DNA of 37,499 nt from a virus (Duplodnaviria > Caudoviricetes): positions 1 to 37,499 of IMG/VR virus record IMGVR_UViG_3300007562_000009; one strand, given 5' to 3'. The position numbers and the translations under genes were made by a program. Below are positions 9,319 through 19,136 of this stretch, in pieces (position 1 is the first letter of the stretch; every line of letters starts with the position of its first letter). The notes under the pieces were generated by a model, which worked only from the letters and a program-made list of their open reading frames with translations, did not search any database and had not been told where the DNA came from.

Positions 9319-12300
9319 GCTGTTTATAATCCTCGTCTTGATCTTGCTCGTGCTGCCAAGCAGCAGGCTACATCTGCTTCGGTTCAGACACTCAAAAGTG
9401 TTCTGAACCAGCAGACAATTGGTAGCACTCTCCGTAAGGACTACACCAATGGTGGTGCTGGTGCTCAAGGTCCACCTGATGTTGGTGGCTGGAAGGGTTT
9501 CCTCACTGACGTATTGGAGTCGCCTGTTGGGCAAGTCGTTGCTAAGGCTGGAGAAGTTATCTCTATCCCTCAACGTCTTTTGATTTCTCCTATTAAAGAA
9601 ATCAAAGACTATCTAGATAACGATCCGAATACTAAGGCTTCGTGGGACGATCTTGGCAAGCAGGTTTTTGATCCTACTTTTGGTTTCGGTAAAGTCATTG
9701 GTGACTTGACAGATAGTGCTTGGGTTAATCGTGGTTTAGGATTTGTTGGTGACGTTCTTCTTGACCCATTGACGTATGTGACGTTGGGTGGTGGCAAGAT
9801 CGCTGCTGGTATGAAGCAGTTGGACGAGTTCGGTAATGTCATGAAGGGTGCTAAGGGCATCTCAATGGCTGGCAAAGAAGGACGTTTGGCTCTTGCTACA
9901 CGTTACTTAGATAAGGGTGGCGACGCTTCTAAGGCTGCAGCAATTGCACGTTATGGTCGTTCTGCTCTTGACGCTAAAGACTTCACTGATCTTGCTTTGG
10001 GTGTTGATCGTGCAGGCTTGTACTTCATGGGTAAGCGCATTAAAGGTACGACACGTTTGGGTGAGGGTTTTGAAAAGGGCTTTTCGTCGATGCGTACGTG
10101 GAGTGGTGACCATGTGTTTAAGCGTGCTGCAGAGTTGTTTACCCCTGAGGATGCTGCTGCTGCTCGTAAGGCTTTGGCTCGTGGTACTGCACCGCCTGAG
10201 CGTGCAGAAAAGTATTTGCGTACTGTTATCTCTTTGAATAACCATCGTGCTGAGTCTGCTAAAGAGTTGCGTTATGCTCAAGGCGAGATCTATAAGATGG
10301 TTGAAGAAATTGGTACGGGTGAATGGAAACTTCACTCTAAGAATGTTTATAAGATTCTTGAGGGTCAAGCGAGCACCTCTACGGGTGCTGCGCTTGATGC
10401 AGAGATGCGTATTGCTGAACGTGTCAAACAAATGTTTGGTGATCTTTGGAGTCGTGTAGATAACTCTGCTCTTGCTACTGACCCTGCTGCACCTATTGGG
10501 AAGATTGAAAACTATTTTCCTCACACGATGACTGATGATGCTTATCGTTTTATCGCTGATAAGAGCAACGACAATGCGAATAACCTTCGTGATTTGTTGT
10601 TTAACCCTCTTGATAATGCTGGTGCGTTTAAGCATCGTATGCAGTTGGGTGACGAGTTCTTCGGTACTGTTTTGGAAAAGCCTGAGCAGTTGACTATTGA
10701 TGGTTTGAATACGATTGCTCGTGATGGTGGTTTCAAGGGTGACTTCTTTGAGAGCGATATTAATCGTGTGCTCGATAAGTATTCTGCTCAGTATGGTGAT
10801 CAGATGGGCATTATTGCTCGACGCAAGTATCTTGTAGATACTGGCGTGTTGCAAGAGGCTAATGCAAAACTTGTTTTTGATAAAGGTATTTTGCGACGAC
10901 AGCAACGTCTTGTTAATCGTACTGTTGCTCAGCGTGAAAAGAATCTTGGTGAGGCAACCAAGATCTTTGATGATCTTGGCGACACTTTGTTGAAGCATCT
11001 GAATATGCAGGCTGACAGTTTTGAATGGGTTACCAATGAGGCTGGCGATTTTATTTTAGATGCTGCTGGCAAACGCATCAAAGCGCCTTTGCAGCGTATG
11101 CGTGATGAGGCTAGAAATATTATTTTGACTGGCGCTAAGGCTAAGCAGTTTGAGTGGTCTGCTCGTCAAGGCTTGGACGCTGCTCTTACTGTGTTGCGTC
11201 AAAGCCAAGACAGTTTGCGTAGTTTATATGACGACATACCTGAGGTTGTTCGTGTCGCTGAAAGTCGTTTGACTGCAACAACTGAACGTATCAGAGTTCT
11301 TGATGAGAAGATTGCTGCTGGTCAAGTTGAGGTAGCAGACATTATTGAGGAAAGTTCTAGAATCAAAACTGAGTTGCAGGGCATTCAGCAGAGTGAACAG
11401 TTGTTGCAACTTCATGGCAATGTTCTTAACAATCATTTAGATCGCATTGCCAATATGGACAATGTCGATGATCTTGCTGAGTATGCAGATCTTATTAATG
11501 CTGCTCGCACTCCTTTCATTGTTAACGACGATGTTCAAGGTACGTTGACTGCTCGTGTTCAAGGAAGACTTACTCCTACTAAAGAGGAACAAGTTAACCC
11601 AATGGGCATGTATAACACGATGCGTCGTAACATCAAGAATGAAGCAATCACTCTTGATGATGGCACTGTTCTTCCTGCTGGGCAGATGAGTGCTCAGAAA
11701 GAACGTATTCTTTCTAAGCGTTACCGTGATGCTGGTGGACAGTTTGAAGATGATATTCCTGCTTTGGTTGATACAGACTTGTGGCGTGCTGCCAACCCTG
11801 AGGGGTTGACACCTGCTAGTCGTATTGATCCAAGTCGTGTTACTCAGATGAATGCCGAAAAGTTACGCACTGTTGTTAACAGTGCGTTGCGTGGTGAAGC
11901 AAGCATTCGTGACATGCGTACTGCTGTTTTACGTATTGCTGCTGAGGGAAATATTTCTTATGACGAGTTAATTGAGGTTGCTGAGCAGTCTGCTCGTATT
12001 GACGATTTCTTTACTCGTCTTTTGAACGCACGAAAAAATTCTAAGAATTTTGTTGTGCTTCAATCTGCCAAGGATGATCTTGGTAAATTCAGTGGAGATA
12101 TTAAGGGCGCTGCGCATCAATATATTGCTTCAGCAAAACTTGTTGGACAGTTGGAGCAGGCTGGTGCTGATCCAACTGCGCTTGTCCCTGTTGCGATGTT
12201 GCAGGAGTTTCTTGATCGTCCTGAGTATGAGTCTTTACGTGCGTTGTTTGATCCTTACTTGCAAGAGGAAGTGGATTACGCTGCTCTTGCTGGCATGACT

Positions 12301-15300
12301 CAAGTTGCTGATGCTGGTGAAATTGCTGGTGTTAACGCATTTGATCAACCTGCTTCTGTCGTCCGTATGAAACAGGGTGATGTTGTTGCACCTTTCGCAA
12401 AAGAGGCTGATCAGGTTGAACCTCTTACGTTTGGTCAGATGACAGACATTCTTCGTAGGTCTGTTGATAGTTCTATGGCGCAAGAATTCACCATCACTGT
12501 TGGTGGTGGTGGTCAGATGGCTGGTCTTATTAACCAGCAGGGCAGAACACTTAATGTTCGCATTAATGATTATCTAGATATGTTTGATGAGCATGTTGAT
12601 AATTTTGATTCATTTGACACTATCGATCAATCTTTGGATGAATGGATTAATGCTGATCCTCGTAGTTTGATTACTGGTCGTGGAACTGTGCGTGGTGGTG
12701 GTGAGGAAATTGGTTTCCCCACTATGGTTGATCGTCCTGACATGTTTGGTGATGGTATTAAACGTGATGCTGCTGATGGCATGATGTCGTTGCGTCAAGA
12801 GATACGCAACATTCAAGATGAACTAGATAGTTTTAACGTCACTTACTTTGACTCTAAGACTGGTAAGCCTTTGGATTTACAAGGCAACAAACTTGACGTT
12901 AATACGTCAAGTCTTGCTCAGAAGGCTGCAGACGAAGCCAAGAAAGATTTGCAACGACACCTTGTTGAGATCTACTTTAAGGCTGAGGTGACTAAGCGTC
13001 AGAAACTTTTAGTTAACTCGCTTGCTCCTTTCGGTCTTGTTCCGACGCAAGATTATATGCGTCGTGTTGTTAACTCTGTTGCTAAGCATTTTGGTAATAG
13101 TGCGAACGCTGAGGCTCGCACTGTTAACAGGGGTCTTATTGCTTTGCGTGATGTGTTGCAGGAAGTTGAACGTCAGGATTGGACTGGTCGTGAGGCCGAG
13201 TTGTTTGACGTTATTAATAAGGCGATTAATGGTAGTGGTGCTGGTGCTGTTGTCAGTAAGTTTGGTAATCGTAGTGATGCTAAGCGTTTGTTGAGAGAGT
13301 GGCGTATTCGTGGTGGTGTTGGTAAGGACACTGGTCGGGCTGGACAGTTACTTAAGGAACGTCGTGCTTTAATTGAGGGTACTCCTAGGTACGAGCAAGT
13401 GCAAAAAGAAATTTTTGAACTTAGTCAAGAACGTGTTCGTTTTACTACTGAGCAACTTGTTCCTTGGTATTACGCTGCTTATGGCGACAATGGTCTTGTT
13501 CCCACTAACCCTGAGATTATGGAAGCGTTGAAAACGCTTGCTGAAGTTAAAACTAATTATGGCAATCTTGCTGCTGATGCTACTGCTAGAGATCAGATCA
13601 AGTGGGTTCGTACTGTTATTAAGACGATGGAAGATCATCAACTTGATTTTAATAGGAATAGTCGTTGGCTTTCTGATGCTGCTGATCCTTTTATTAATCT
13701 TGACAATTTAGTTATTGGTGGTGTTAAGCGTAGTCGTCGTGGTACGACTGACAGGTTGCCAAGTTTGTATGCGTATAACTTGACTGAGATTGCTGATGAT
13801 TGGGAGAAGGGTGCTGCTCGTTTGGCTAGTGCAGAATCTGCTTCTGCACAAGCCATTAAAGCACAGGCAGATTTTGCTGCGCAACGACAGACAGCGGAGC
13901 AGATCCTTGCTGCTAACGTTGATCCTTCTAAGTCTTTGCCTCAGTCTTTTGATGGTGCTAATCAACTTCAACTTGAACGTGCGTTGAGAGCACATCAAGA
14001 TTTGGTGACGTTGCAGTCAGGTATTATGCATTCGTCTGCTAAGGATCGTGAAGAGTTGCATTCTATTTTGAGTGATCTTGCTCGTTATAACATTGCAGAG
14101 GACACACCTTTTACTCGTATTGAATCTCCTACTGCTGTTGCTAAGAAATTACTTCAGCAAGGTACACCCATCTATGTTAAGAAAGGTGAGGTTTGGAAAG
14201 AAGTTAAGTCTATCGACGACATTGTTGAAGGTACTAACTATGCTGTCCATAATCAGGGTGCTGGGCTTAAAGATGTCAATGCTGTCAATAAGGCTCATGC
14301 TGGTTATTTGAAGTTTCAGAAAGAACATGAAGTAACTGTTAATCTTGTTGCAACTGCTGAAAAAAAAGTTAAAGATATTGACGCTCGTCTTGTCGCTGCA
14401 CGCACCAAGCCTAAGAATGTTAAAGATCTTTATGAGGTTGCAGATATTGAGAATGAGTTACTTGCTGCCAAGAAAGAATTAGAAGCGGCTCGTCGTACAA
14501 ATTCTGAGGATTACAAACGCATGATGACTGCTAAGTCATCATTTGATTCTTCAATGAATATTATTGGCAATGGTGGCACTCGTCCTGTCATGGTTAATGG
14601 TGAGCAACTGACTTTGAGTCAAGTTGAATTTGAATCACTGTTTATCTCAGGCGGTGACAAGAAGGCTGTTGATGCTCTTCTTGCTAAGCGTGAGGCTGTG
14701 CGTACCCGTCAGGTTCAGGTTGCTAAAAAAGAATGGGCTGTTAATGTCCAAAACTATTTGAAGTCTTTGGATGAGATTGGTGTTGCTCGTGGTGCTAAGC
14801 GAGTTGCAAATAGATCCTATGCTGGTGTCGACACGGGTCGACAGGTGTTGAAAACTCGTGCTGCTAACGAGTTGAAGGCAAAGATTGCTGCTGTTGAAGA
14901 GAACTTGCGTTTGATGTTCGAGAAAGAAGACATTGGCGATATTCTTTTCTATCAGAAGAGTATTCAAAAACAAATTAGAAATTTGAAAGAATCTCAAGAT
15001 GCGATCTTGGGAGATCTTGTTAATCAGTCACGCATCAAGGCTGGTTATAGAGTGGAACGTGAAGCACTCACTGGCAACAATGCTATTACACGAGGCATTG
15101 ATGATTTCATTGACAAGGCTAATAAGAGAATGAATGCTCTTGTTGCCAGCACTGAAGAGTCGGGTGAAAAACTTGTTGAACTTCAGAAGTGGGCCGATCA
15201 TTACGACATTCTTGTTTCGGCATCTAGACCTGAACAGCAGTCTGCTGCTTTGGCTAAGTTGCATCAAGTTGTTCGTGCTATTAACAATGGCGAGATGACT

Positions 15301-17862
15301 CGTGAAGAGTTCATGTATGGCTTTGAAAAAGTTAACAAAAACGTTAAGCAGATTGATGTAAGCGACAAGATTAGTAATGAGATTCTTGAGAAGAGAGTTA
15401 AGTTCTTGAATGATTCATGGCTTCCTTCTGTTGAGAAGAAGCACATGGATGCTGAACATCTTTTAGAGAACTCTGTTCAGAAAGAACTTTGGGATAAATC
15501 TGTTTCTACAGCGACAGACATGACTGATCATGCTAACAAATTACGTTTGGAAGCAGAGAAGGCTTCAGGTCGTTTCAGCGACCCTGAAGCCCCATACGGT
15601 TACGATTACAGCCTTGCTACTGGTACGTACACTAAGCGTGAAGCACCAGTAGTTGGTGTCGCTGGTGCGCAGAAGAACATTGATGATCTTTCTGTTCAGT
15701 CAAGGAGAACGCTTCAGAACATTACTAGTTCTACTGATGGTGTTGTCGACGCAGAGAAGATGTACTCTGATCTTCTTGCTGCTGGAAAGAGCGAAGCAGA
15801 TGCGATGCGTGCAGTCGCTGCTGCAGCATCTGAAGCAGTGCCTGCTAGTGGTGCGAACAAACTGCTTCCTGCTGGAACGCAAGAAGCAGTTGATACGGCG
15901 CTGAAGTATCCTAAGGGACGTAGGGCTGCTGTTGAGCGTATGACAGATGAGTTGAAGGTTCAGGCTCAGATTCAGGATATGGCTGATGAGTTGCAGATTT
16001 TTAATGCTCTTGAACGTGCAGCGTTTACTGAATTGGCTGAAAACAGAGTGTCACGTAACTTCTTGATTCAAGTCGCTGATGGCTTGAAGCAGCAAATAGA
16101 AGACATTGTGCCTTGGGAACGTGAACTAATTGCTGGAGAACGGAAAGTTGTTTTTGATGAGTATCAGAACTTCATGTCTGCTTGGGTTACTCACCAACGT
16201 GCTGCTATTGCTTTGGATCAGTCTCGTGTTGCTCGTGAAGAGTTGCCTACTTGGTGGAAGACTTATGCTGAACCAATCCGTAAAGAACGTGATCGTGTTC
16301 TAGCGAACATTGCTGACATTGAGAAGAACATTCCTCGTGACGCTAATGGTCGTTTGCAGATGGCTGAACTTCTTGATTGGTTGGATAACAACGACACCAT
16401 CTTTGATGGTTTGTTGTCTTATGATCAGATGAATGTGATTGACAAACTTCGCATTCAAGCACAGGGCGCTCATATGGCTTTGATTAATTCGCAGGATCAG
16501 GCTCGTGATGCTATTGATGCGATGCGTGCTTTGCGTAATGGCGAGTGGGGCGCAAGTGTTGTACGTCAGGCTAAGCAAGGTTTTGTGACGCTTGAGAAGA
16601 TTGGTATGCCTTCGTATCAAGCAGAGAAGTGGCTTGCTGAGATGTTGACTAACTTCTCTCGTTTTGAACAACCCGAATTTGTTCGTGGTATCAACAAGTT
16701 CCTTGGTCGATACACATCGTTCTTCAAGGCTGGTGCTGTAGGAACTCCAGGATTTGTTGTTCGTAACGCTTTGGGTAACACGTTTATGATTGTTGCTGCA
16801 GGTGCTGACCTGCGCAACATGAATAAGGGTATTGAGTTGTATCGTTTGTGGAACGCTGCTGTTAAACGTGGTGGCGAAGAGGCATGGCTTTCCACACTTG
16901 AGAAGAGTGAGCAGGCACTTGTACGCAATGCTGTTAGGGCTATGGACGCTTCGGGTTATGGTCGTGCAGCAGATGCGCTTAAAGGTTTCCGTCCTAAGCG
17001 TAAGTGGTTAACAGACAACCGTATGTATACGGCGTTGCGTAAGGCTAACGAGTACGCTGAAGGTTCTGCACGTTTCATGTTGGCTTACGACTCTGTCGTT
17101 AAGGGTGCTGACTTCAACATGGCTACTGCTCGTGTGAAGCGTTACTTGTTTGACTATGCGACTAAGTCTCCTGCTGATCAGGTGATGGGTTCTATTGTGC
17201 CATTTTGGTTTTGGATGTCTCGCAACCTGCCGTTGCAGATTGCGAATCAGTATCAGAATCCTCGTGCATACTTGATGTACCAAAAGGGTATGAGGGCTAT
17301 TGGTCAGGACGATTCGGAAGATGTTGTTCCTTCTTGGATGAAGGAACAAGGCGCTGTGAAGTTGACTTCCAATTGGTTCTTGTCACCTGATCTTGGGTTC
17401 AACCGTGTTAATGAGCAGTTGCAACAGTTCGCTGAGCCTAAGCGTTTGTTGTCGTATGTGAACCCTGCGTTGCGTGTCCCGTTTGAAACTTTGTTGAGTG
17501 AGAAGCGTTTGTACAACGACGTTCCTTTCACTGATCGTCCTCAGCAGGCTATTGGTGGGCCGTTGTCGCCTGCCGTACAGGCTTTAGCGAGTGTGCTTGG
17601 TCAGTCACGTCAGTTGCCTGATGGGCAACAGGGTGTGACTGACAAGTTGAACTATGGGTTGATGGGTTTGATTCCACAAATCGCTCAGGGTGAAAGACTT
17701 TTGCCTGCCACTGATTTGTATCAAGGTCGTCAGGCTGGTTCTATCTTGTCGTTCTTGGGTGTTCCTGTTCGTCAGGTCACTCCTGAGATGAGGGATCGTG
17801 AGAAGCGACGACAGGTCATGGAGAGCGAGGCTCTTCGTAATATTGCTATTGGAGGTCAGTAA
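9316..17862 (+). CDS. Giant internal virion / ejection protein (2848 aa)
   Basis: N-terminal GFVGDVLLDPLTYV and C-terminal PGFVVRN...LFDY...IVPFWFWMSRN segments typical of large podovirus ejection proteins. Confidence 0.75.
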   Translation: MAVYNPRLDLARAAKQQATSASVQTLKSVLNQQTIGSTLRKDYTNGGAGAQGPPDVGGWKGFLTDVLESPVGQVVAKAGEVISIPQRLLISPIKEIKDYLDNDPNTKASWDDLGKQVFDPTFGFGKVIGDLTDSAWVNRGLGFVGDVLLDPLTYVTLGGGKIAAGMKQLDEFGNVMKGAKGISMAGKEGRLALATRYLDKGGDASKAAAIARYGRSALDAKDFTDLALGVDRAGLYFMGKRIKGTTRLGEGFEKGFSSMRTWSGDHVFKRAAELFTPEDAAAARKALARGTAPPERAEKYLRTVISLNNHRAESAKELRYAQGEIYKMVEEIGTGEWKLHSKNVYKILEGQASTSTGAALDAEMRIAERVKQMFGDLWSRVDNSALATDPAAPIGKIENYFPHTMTDDAYRFIADKSNDNANNLRDLLFNPLDNAGAFKHRMQLGDEFFGTVLEKPEQLTIDGLNTIARDGGFKGDFFESDINRVLDKYSAQYGDQMGIIARRKYLVDTGVLQEANAKLVFDKGILRRQQRLVNRTVAQREKNLGEATKIFDDLGDTLLKHLNMQADSFEWVTNEAGDFILDAAGKRIKAPLQRMRDEARNIILTGAKAKQFEWSARQGLDAALTVLRQSQDSLRSLYDDIPEVVRVAESRLTATTERIRVLDEKIAAGQVEVADIIEESSRIKTELQGIQQSEQLLQLHGNVLNNHLDRIANMDNVDDLAEYADLINAARTPFIVNDDVQGTLTARVQGRLTPTKEEQVNPMGMYNTMRRNIKNEAITLDDGTVLPAGQMSAQKERILSKRYRDAGGQFEDDIPALVDTDLWRAANPEGLTPASRIDPSRVTQMNAEKLRTVVNSALRGEASIRDMRTAVLRIAAEGNISYDELIEVAEQSARIDDFFTRLLNARKNSKNFVVLQSAKDDLGKFSGDIKGAAHQYIASAKLVGQLEQAGADPTALVPVAMLQEFLDRPEYESLRALFDPYLQEEVDYAALAGMTQVADAGEIAGVNAFDQPASVVRMKQGDVVAPFAKEADQVEPLTFGQMTDILRRSVDSSMAQEFTITVGGGGQMAGLINQQGRTLNVRINDYLDMFDEHVDNFDSFDTIDQSLDEWINADPRSLITGRGTVRGGGEEIGFPTMVDRPDMFGDGIKRDAADGMMSLRQEIRNIQDELDSFNVTYFDSKTGKPLDLQGNKLDVNTSSLAQKAADEAKKDLQRHLVEIYFKAEVTKRQKLLVNSLAPFGLVPTQDYMRRVVNSVAKHFGNSANAEARTVNRGLIALRDVLQEVERQDWTGREAELFDVINKAINGSGAGAVVSKFGNRSDAKRLLREWRIRGGVGKDTGRAGQLLKERRALIEGTPRYEQVQKEIFELSQERVRFTTEQLVPWYYAAYGDNGLVPTNPEIMEALKTLAEVKTNYGNLAADATARDQIKWVRTVIKTMEDHQLDFNRNSRWLSDAADPFINLDNLVIGGVKRSRRGTTDRLPSLYAYNLTEIADDWEKGAARLASAESASAQAIKAQADFAAQRQTAEQILAANVDPSKSLPQSFDGANQLQLERALRAHQDLVTLQSGIMHSSAKDREELHSILSDLARYNIAEDTPFTRIESPTAVAKKLLQQGTPIYVKKGEVWKEVKSIDDIVEGTNYAVHNQGAGLKDVNAVNKAHAGYLKFQKEHEVTVNLVATAEKKVKDIDARLVAARTKPKNVKDLYEVADIENELLAAKKELEAARRTNSEDYKRMMTAKSSFDSSMNIIGNGGTRPVMVNGEQLTLSQVEFESLFISGGDKKAVDALLAKREAVRTRQVQVAKKEWAVNVQNYLKSLDEIGVARGAKRVANRSYAGVDTGRQVLKTRAANELKAKIAAVEENLRLMFEKEDIGDILFYQKSIQKQIRNLKESQDAILGDLVNQSRIKAGYRVEREALTGNNAITRGIDDFIDKANKRMNALVASTEESGEKLVELQKWADHYDILVSASRPEQQSAALAKLHQVVRAINNGEMTREEFMYGFEKVNKNVKQIDVSDKISNEILEKRVKFLNDSWLPSVEKKHMDAEHLLENSVQKELWDKSVSTATDMTDHANKLRLEAEKASGRFSDPEAPYGYDYSLATGTYTKREAPVVGVAGAQKNIDDLSVQSRRTLQNITSSTDGVVDAEKMYSDLLAAGKSEADAMRAVAAAASEAVPASGANKLLPAGTQEAVDTALKYPKGRRAAVERMTDELKVQAQIQDMADELQIFNALERAAFTELAENRVSRNFLIQVADGLKQQIEDIVPWERELIAGERKVVFDEYQNFMSAWVTHQRAAIALDQSRVAREELPTWWKTYAEPIRKERDRVLANIADIEKNIPRDANGRLQMAELLDWLDNNDTIFDGLLSYDQMNVIDKLRIQAQGAHMALINSQDQARDAIDAMRALRNGEWGASVVRQAKQGFVTLEKIGMPSYQAEKWLAEMLTNFSRFEQPEFVRGINKFLGRYTSFFKAGAVGTPGFVVRNALGNTFMIVAAGADLRNMNKGIELYRLWNAAVKRGGEEAWLSTLEKSEQALVRNAVRAMDASGYGRAADALKGFRPKRKWLTDNRMYTALRKANEYAEGSARFMLAYDSVVKGADFNMATARVKRYLFDYATKSPADQVMGSIVPFWFWMSRNLPLQIANQYQNPRAYLMYQKGMRAIGQDDSEDVVPSWMKEQGAVKLTSNWFLSPDLGFNRVNEQLQQFAEPKRLLSYVNPALRVPFETLLSEKRLYNDVPFTDRPQQAIGGPLSPAVQALASVLGQSRQLPDGQQGVTDKLNYGLMGLIPQIAQGERLLPATDLYQGRQAGSILSFLGVPVRQVTPEMRDREKRRQVMESEALRNIAIGGQ

Positions 17863-18335
17863 TGGGTTTGTTTACTAAGAAGCGTCCTTATACGGGTTGG
17901 GATGGCAACAGTAAAGGGAAGTTAAAAGGCACAGAAAAGTTCAAGGACTGGGTTGTGTTCTTGAATGGTGGCAAGATTAAAAGTCTTGGTACGTGGAATG
18001 TTCGTTTGCAACGTGAGCATGACAAGCCGAGTATTCATGGCACTGGTCGTGCTATTGATTTGCGTTACGCCAACCGTGAAGACGGTTTGGCGTTGATGGA
18101 TTTCTTGGTGCGTCATGCTGAGGCTTTTGGTTTGGAATACATTGGTGATTATCTTGGTGGACCTTTTGGTCGTGGCTGGCGCTGTGATCGTGATGGGTGG
18201 CAGGTATACAAAAAACCCACCATTGGTAGTGGTGGGTCGTGGATTCATGTTGAACTCAGCCCCAGCGTAGCCAGCGATGCTGGCTACGTGGATGCTGTGT
18301 TTGCTTGTTTGTTGAAGCCTGTTAAGACATCTTAG
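17862..18335 (+). CDS. Endolysin, zinc peptidase M15-like
   Basis: R...SIHGTGRAID...WIHVE (H, D, H Zn ligands); last late gene; SD GGAGG. Confidence 0.8.
   Translation: MGLFTKKRPYTGWDGNSKGKLKGTEKFKDWVVFLNGGKIKSLGTWNVRLQREHDKPSIHGTGRAIDLRYANREDGLALMDFLVRHAEAFGLEYIGDYLGGPFGRGWRCDRDGWQVYKKPTIGSGGSWIHVELSPSVASDAGYVDAVFACLLKPVKTS
18266..18288. terminator. Perfect 10-bp hairpin at the convergence of late and replication operons
   Basis: CGTAGCCAGC-GAT-GCTGGCTACG, about 34 nt past the - strand stop at 18322; no U-tract. Confidence 0.45.
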
Positions 18336-18564
18336 ATTCGAGTGCTTCTACTACTTGGGTGATGAACGACATCAGTTCCATCACTGCCATTATGTTTCCT
18401 TCTACTGCAGATAAGTAGGCGTTAATAAATCCGACTGCTCCTTCGTGGGGGATTCTTAATACCAGTTCGTAGTAAGTGTTTGCGTCTGACTCAATTCTTT
18501 CTGCTCGTGCTTGTAGGTCTTCAATGTCTTTGGGATCAAATGAGTTTAAGAATTCGTCGCTCAT
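18322..18564 (-). CDS. Hypothetical protein (MSDEFLNSF...)
   Basis: ATGA-coupled to upstream gene. Confidence 0.7.
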   Translation of the reverse strand: MSDEFLNSFDPKDIEDLQARAERIESDANTYYELVLRIPHEGAVGFINAYLSAVEGNIMAVMELMSFITQVVEALESKMS

Positions 18565-18752
18565 GGTAAGCACTCATCTTGGTTGAACCTGTAGATGGGG
18601 ATACATGGGTCGTCGTATTCTTCAAATAGTTCTTCTTCTTCGGGGGTGTAGTAGCCATCGTGCATTGCGCAATGGAACGTCATCCATCCTTTACGTACGC
18701 CGTGTTGCAGCCATGCGAACTTGTCGTTGTAAACATTTGTCATGTCATCCAC
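18561..18752 (-). CDS. Hypothetical protein (C..HDG...DPC motif)
   Basis: SD AAGGAGG with GTG start. Confidence 0.7.
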   Translation of the reverse strand: MDDMTNVYNDKFAWLQHGVRKGWMTFHCAMHDGYYTPEEEELFEEYDDPCIPIYRFNQDECLP

Positions 18753-18828
18753 GTTTGTCCTCCTTGATCATTGATGCGATGAGAACAAAGTTGATGATGA
18801 GACTTGCGATTACCATCAGGTCATACAT
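18745..18828 (-). CDS. 27-aa membrane peptide MYDLMVIASLIINFVLIASMIKEDKRG
   Basis: Translated by hand; fills the gap exactly, overlaps both neighbours; GAGG upstream. Confidence 0.55.
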   Translation of the reverse strand: MYDLMVIASLIINFVLIASMIKEDKRG

Positions 18829-18982
18829 GTTTCTTACCTCTTTCTTTTTCTACTGCTGGCATTGTTTTGTTTTTAACATCGTAGATAGACGTAAGGTATG
18901 CCTTCGGCACACCTCGTTGTACTGCTTCTCTGATCAGTTCGTCTAACAGTTCGTCAAGCAGTTTCAGGTTCGTTAGTCTCAT
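18821..18982 (-). CDS. Hypothetical protein (MRLTNLKLLDELLDEL...)
   Basis: SD AAGGAG; overlaps neighbours. Confidence 0.6.
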   Translation of the reverse strand: MRLTNLKLLDELLDELIREAVQRGVPKAYLTSIYDVKNKTMPAVEKERGKKHV

Positions 18983-19136
18983 CAACGAAGTTCTCCTTGA
19001 TTCGTTCTGCTGTCGCACCAATTGTGTCGATGATCGTCGGATCATCTTTTGCCATGTACAACACTGTCGCTATTGTGAGCGCAGCGATGTCTTCAAACGA
19101 CAGTGGTTTGTTAATTGGTTCATGTTCTTCGGTCAT
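18954..19136 (-). CDS. Hypothetical protein
   Basis: 60 aa, SD GAGGAG, ATGA coupling. Confidence 0.7.
   Translation of the reverse strand: MTEEHEPINKPLSFEDIAALTIATVLYMAKDDPTIIDTIGATAERIKENFVDETNEPETA

Noticed and set aside
9907-10998. 363-aa antisense ORF and many shorter antisense or alternate-frame ORFs inside long genes
   Set aside because: Shadow ORFs expected from strong T-ending codon bias; no SD or recognisable motifs
9316-17862. Calling the giant protein a virion RNA polymerase
   Set aside because: No convincing Rx3Kx7YG or DxDGD catalytic motif seen; kept only as a hypothesis
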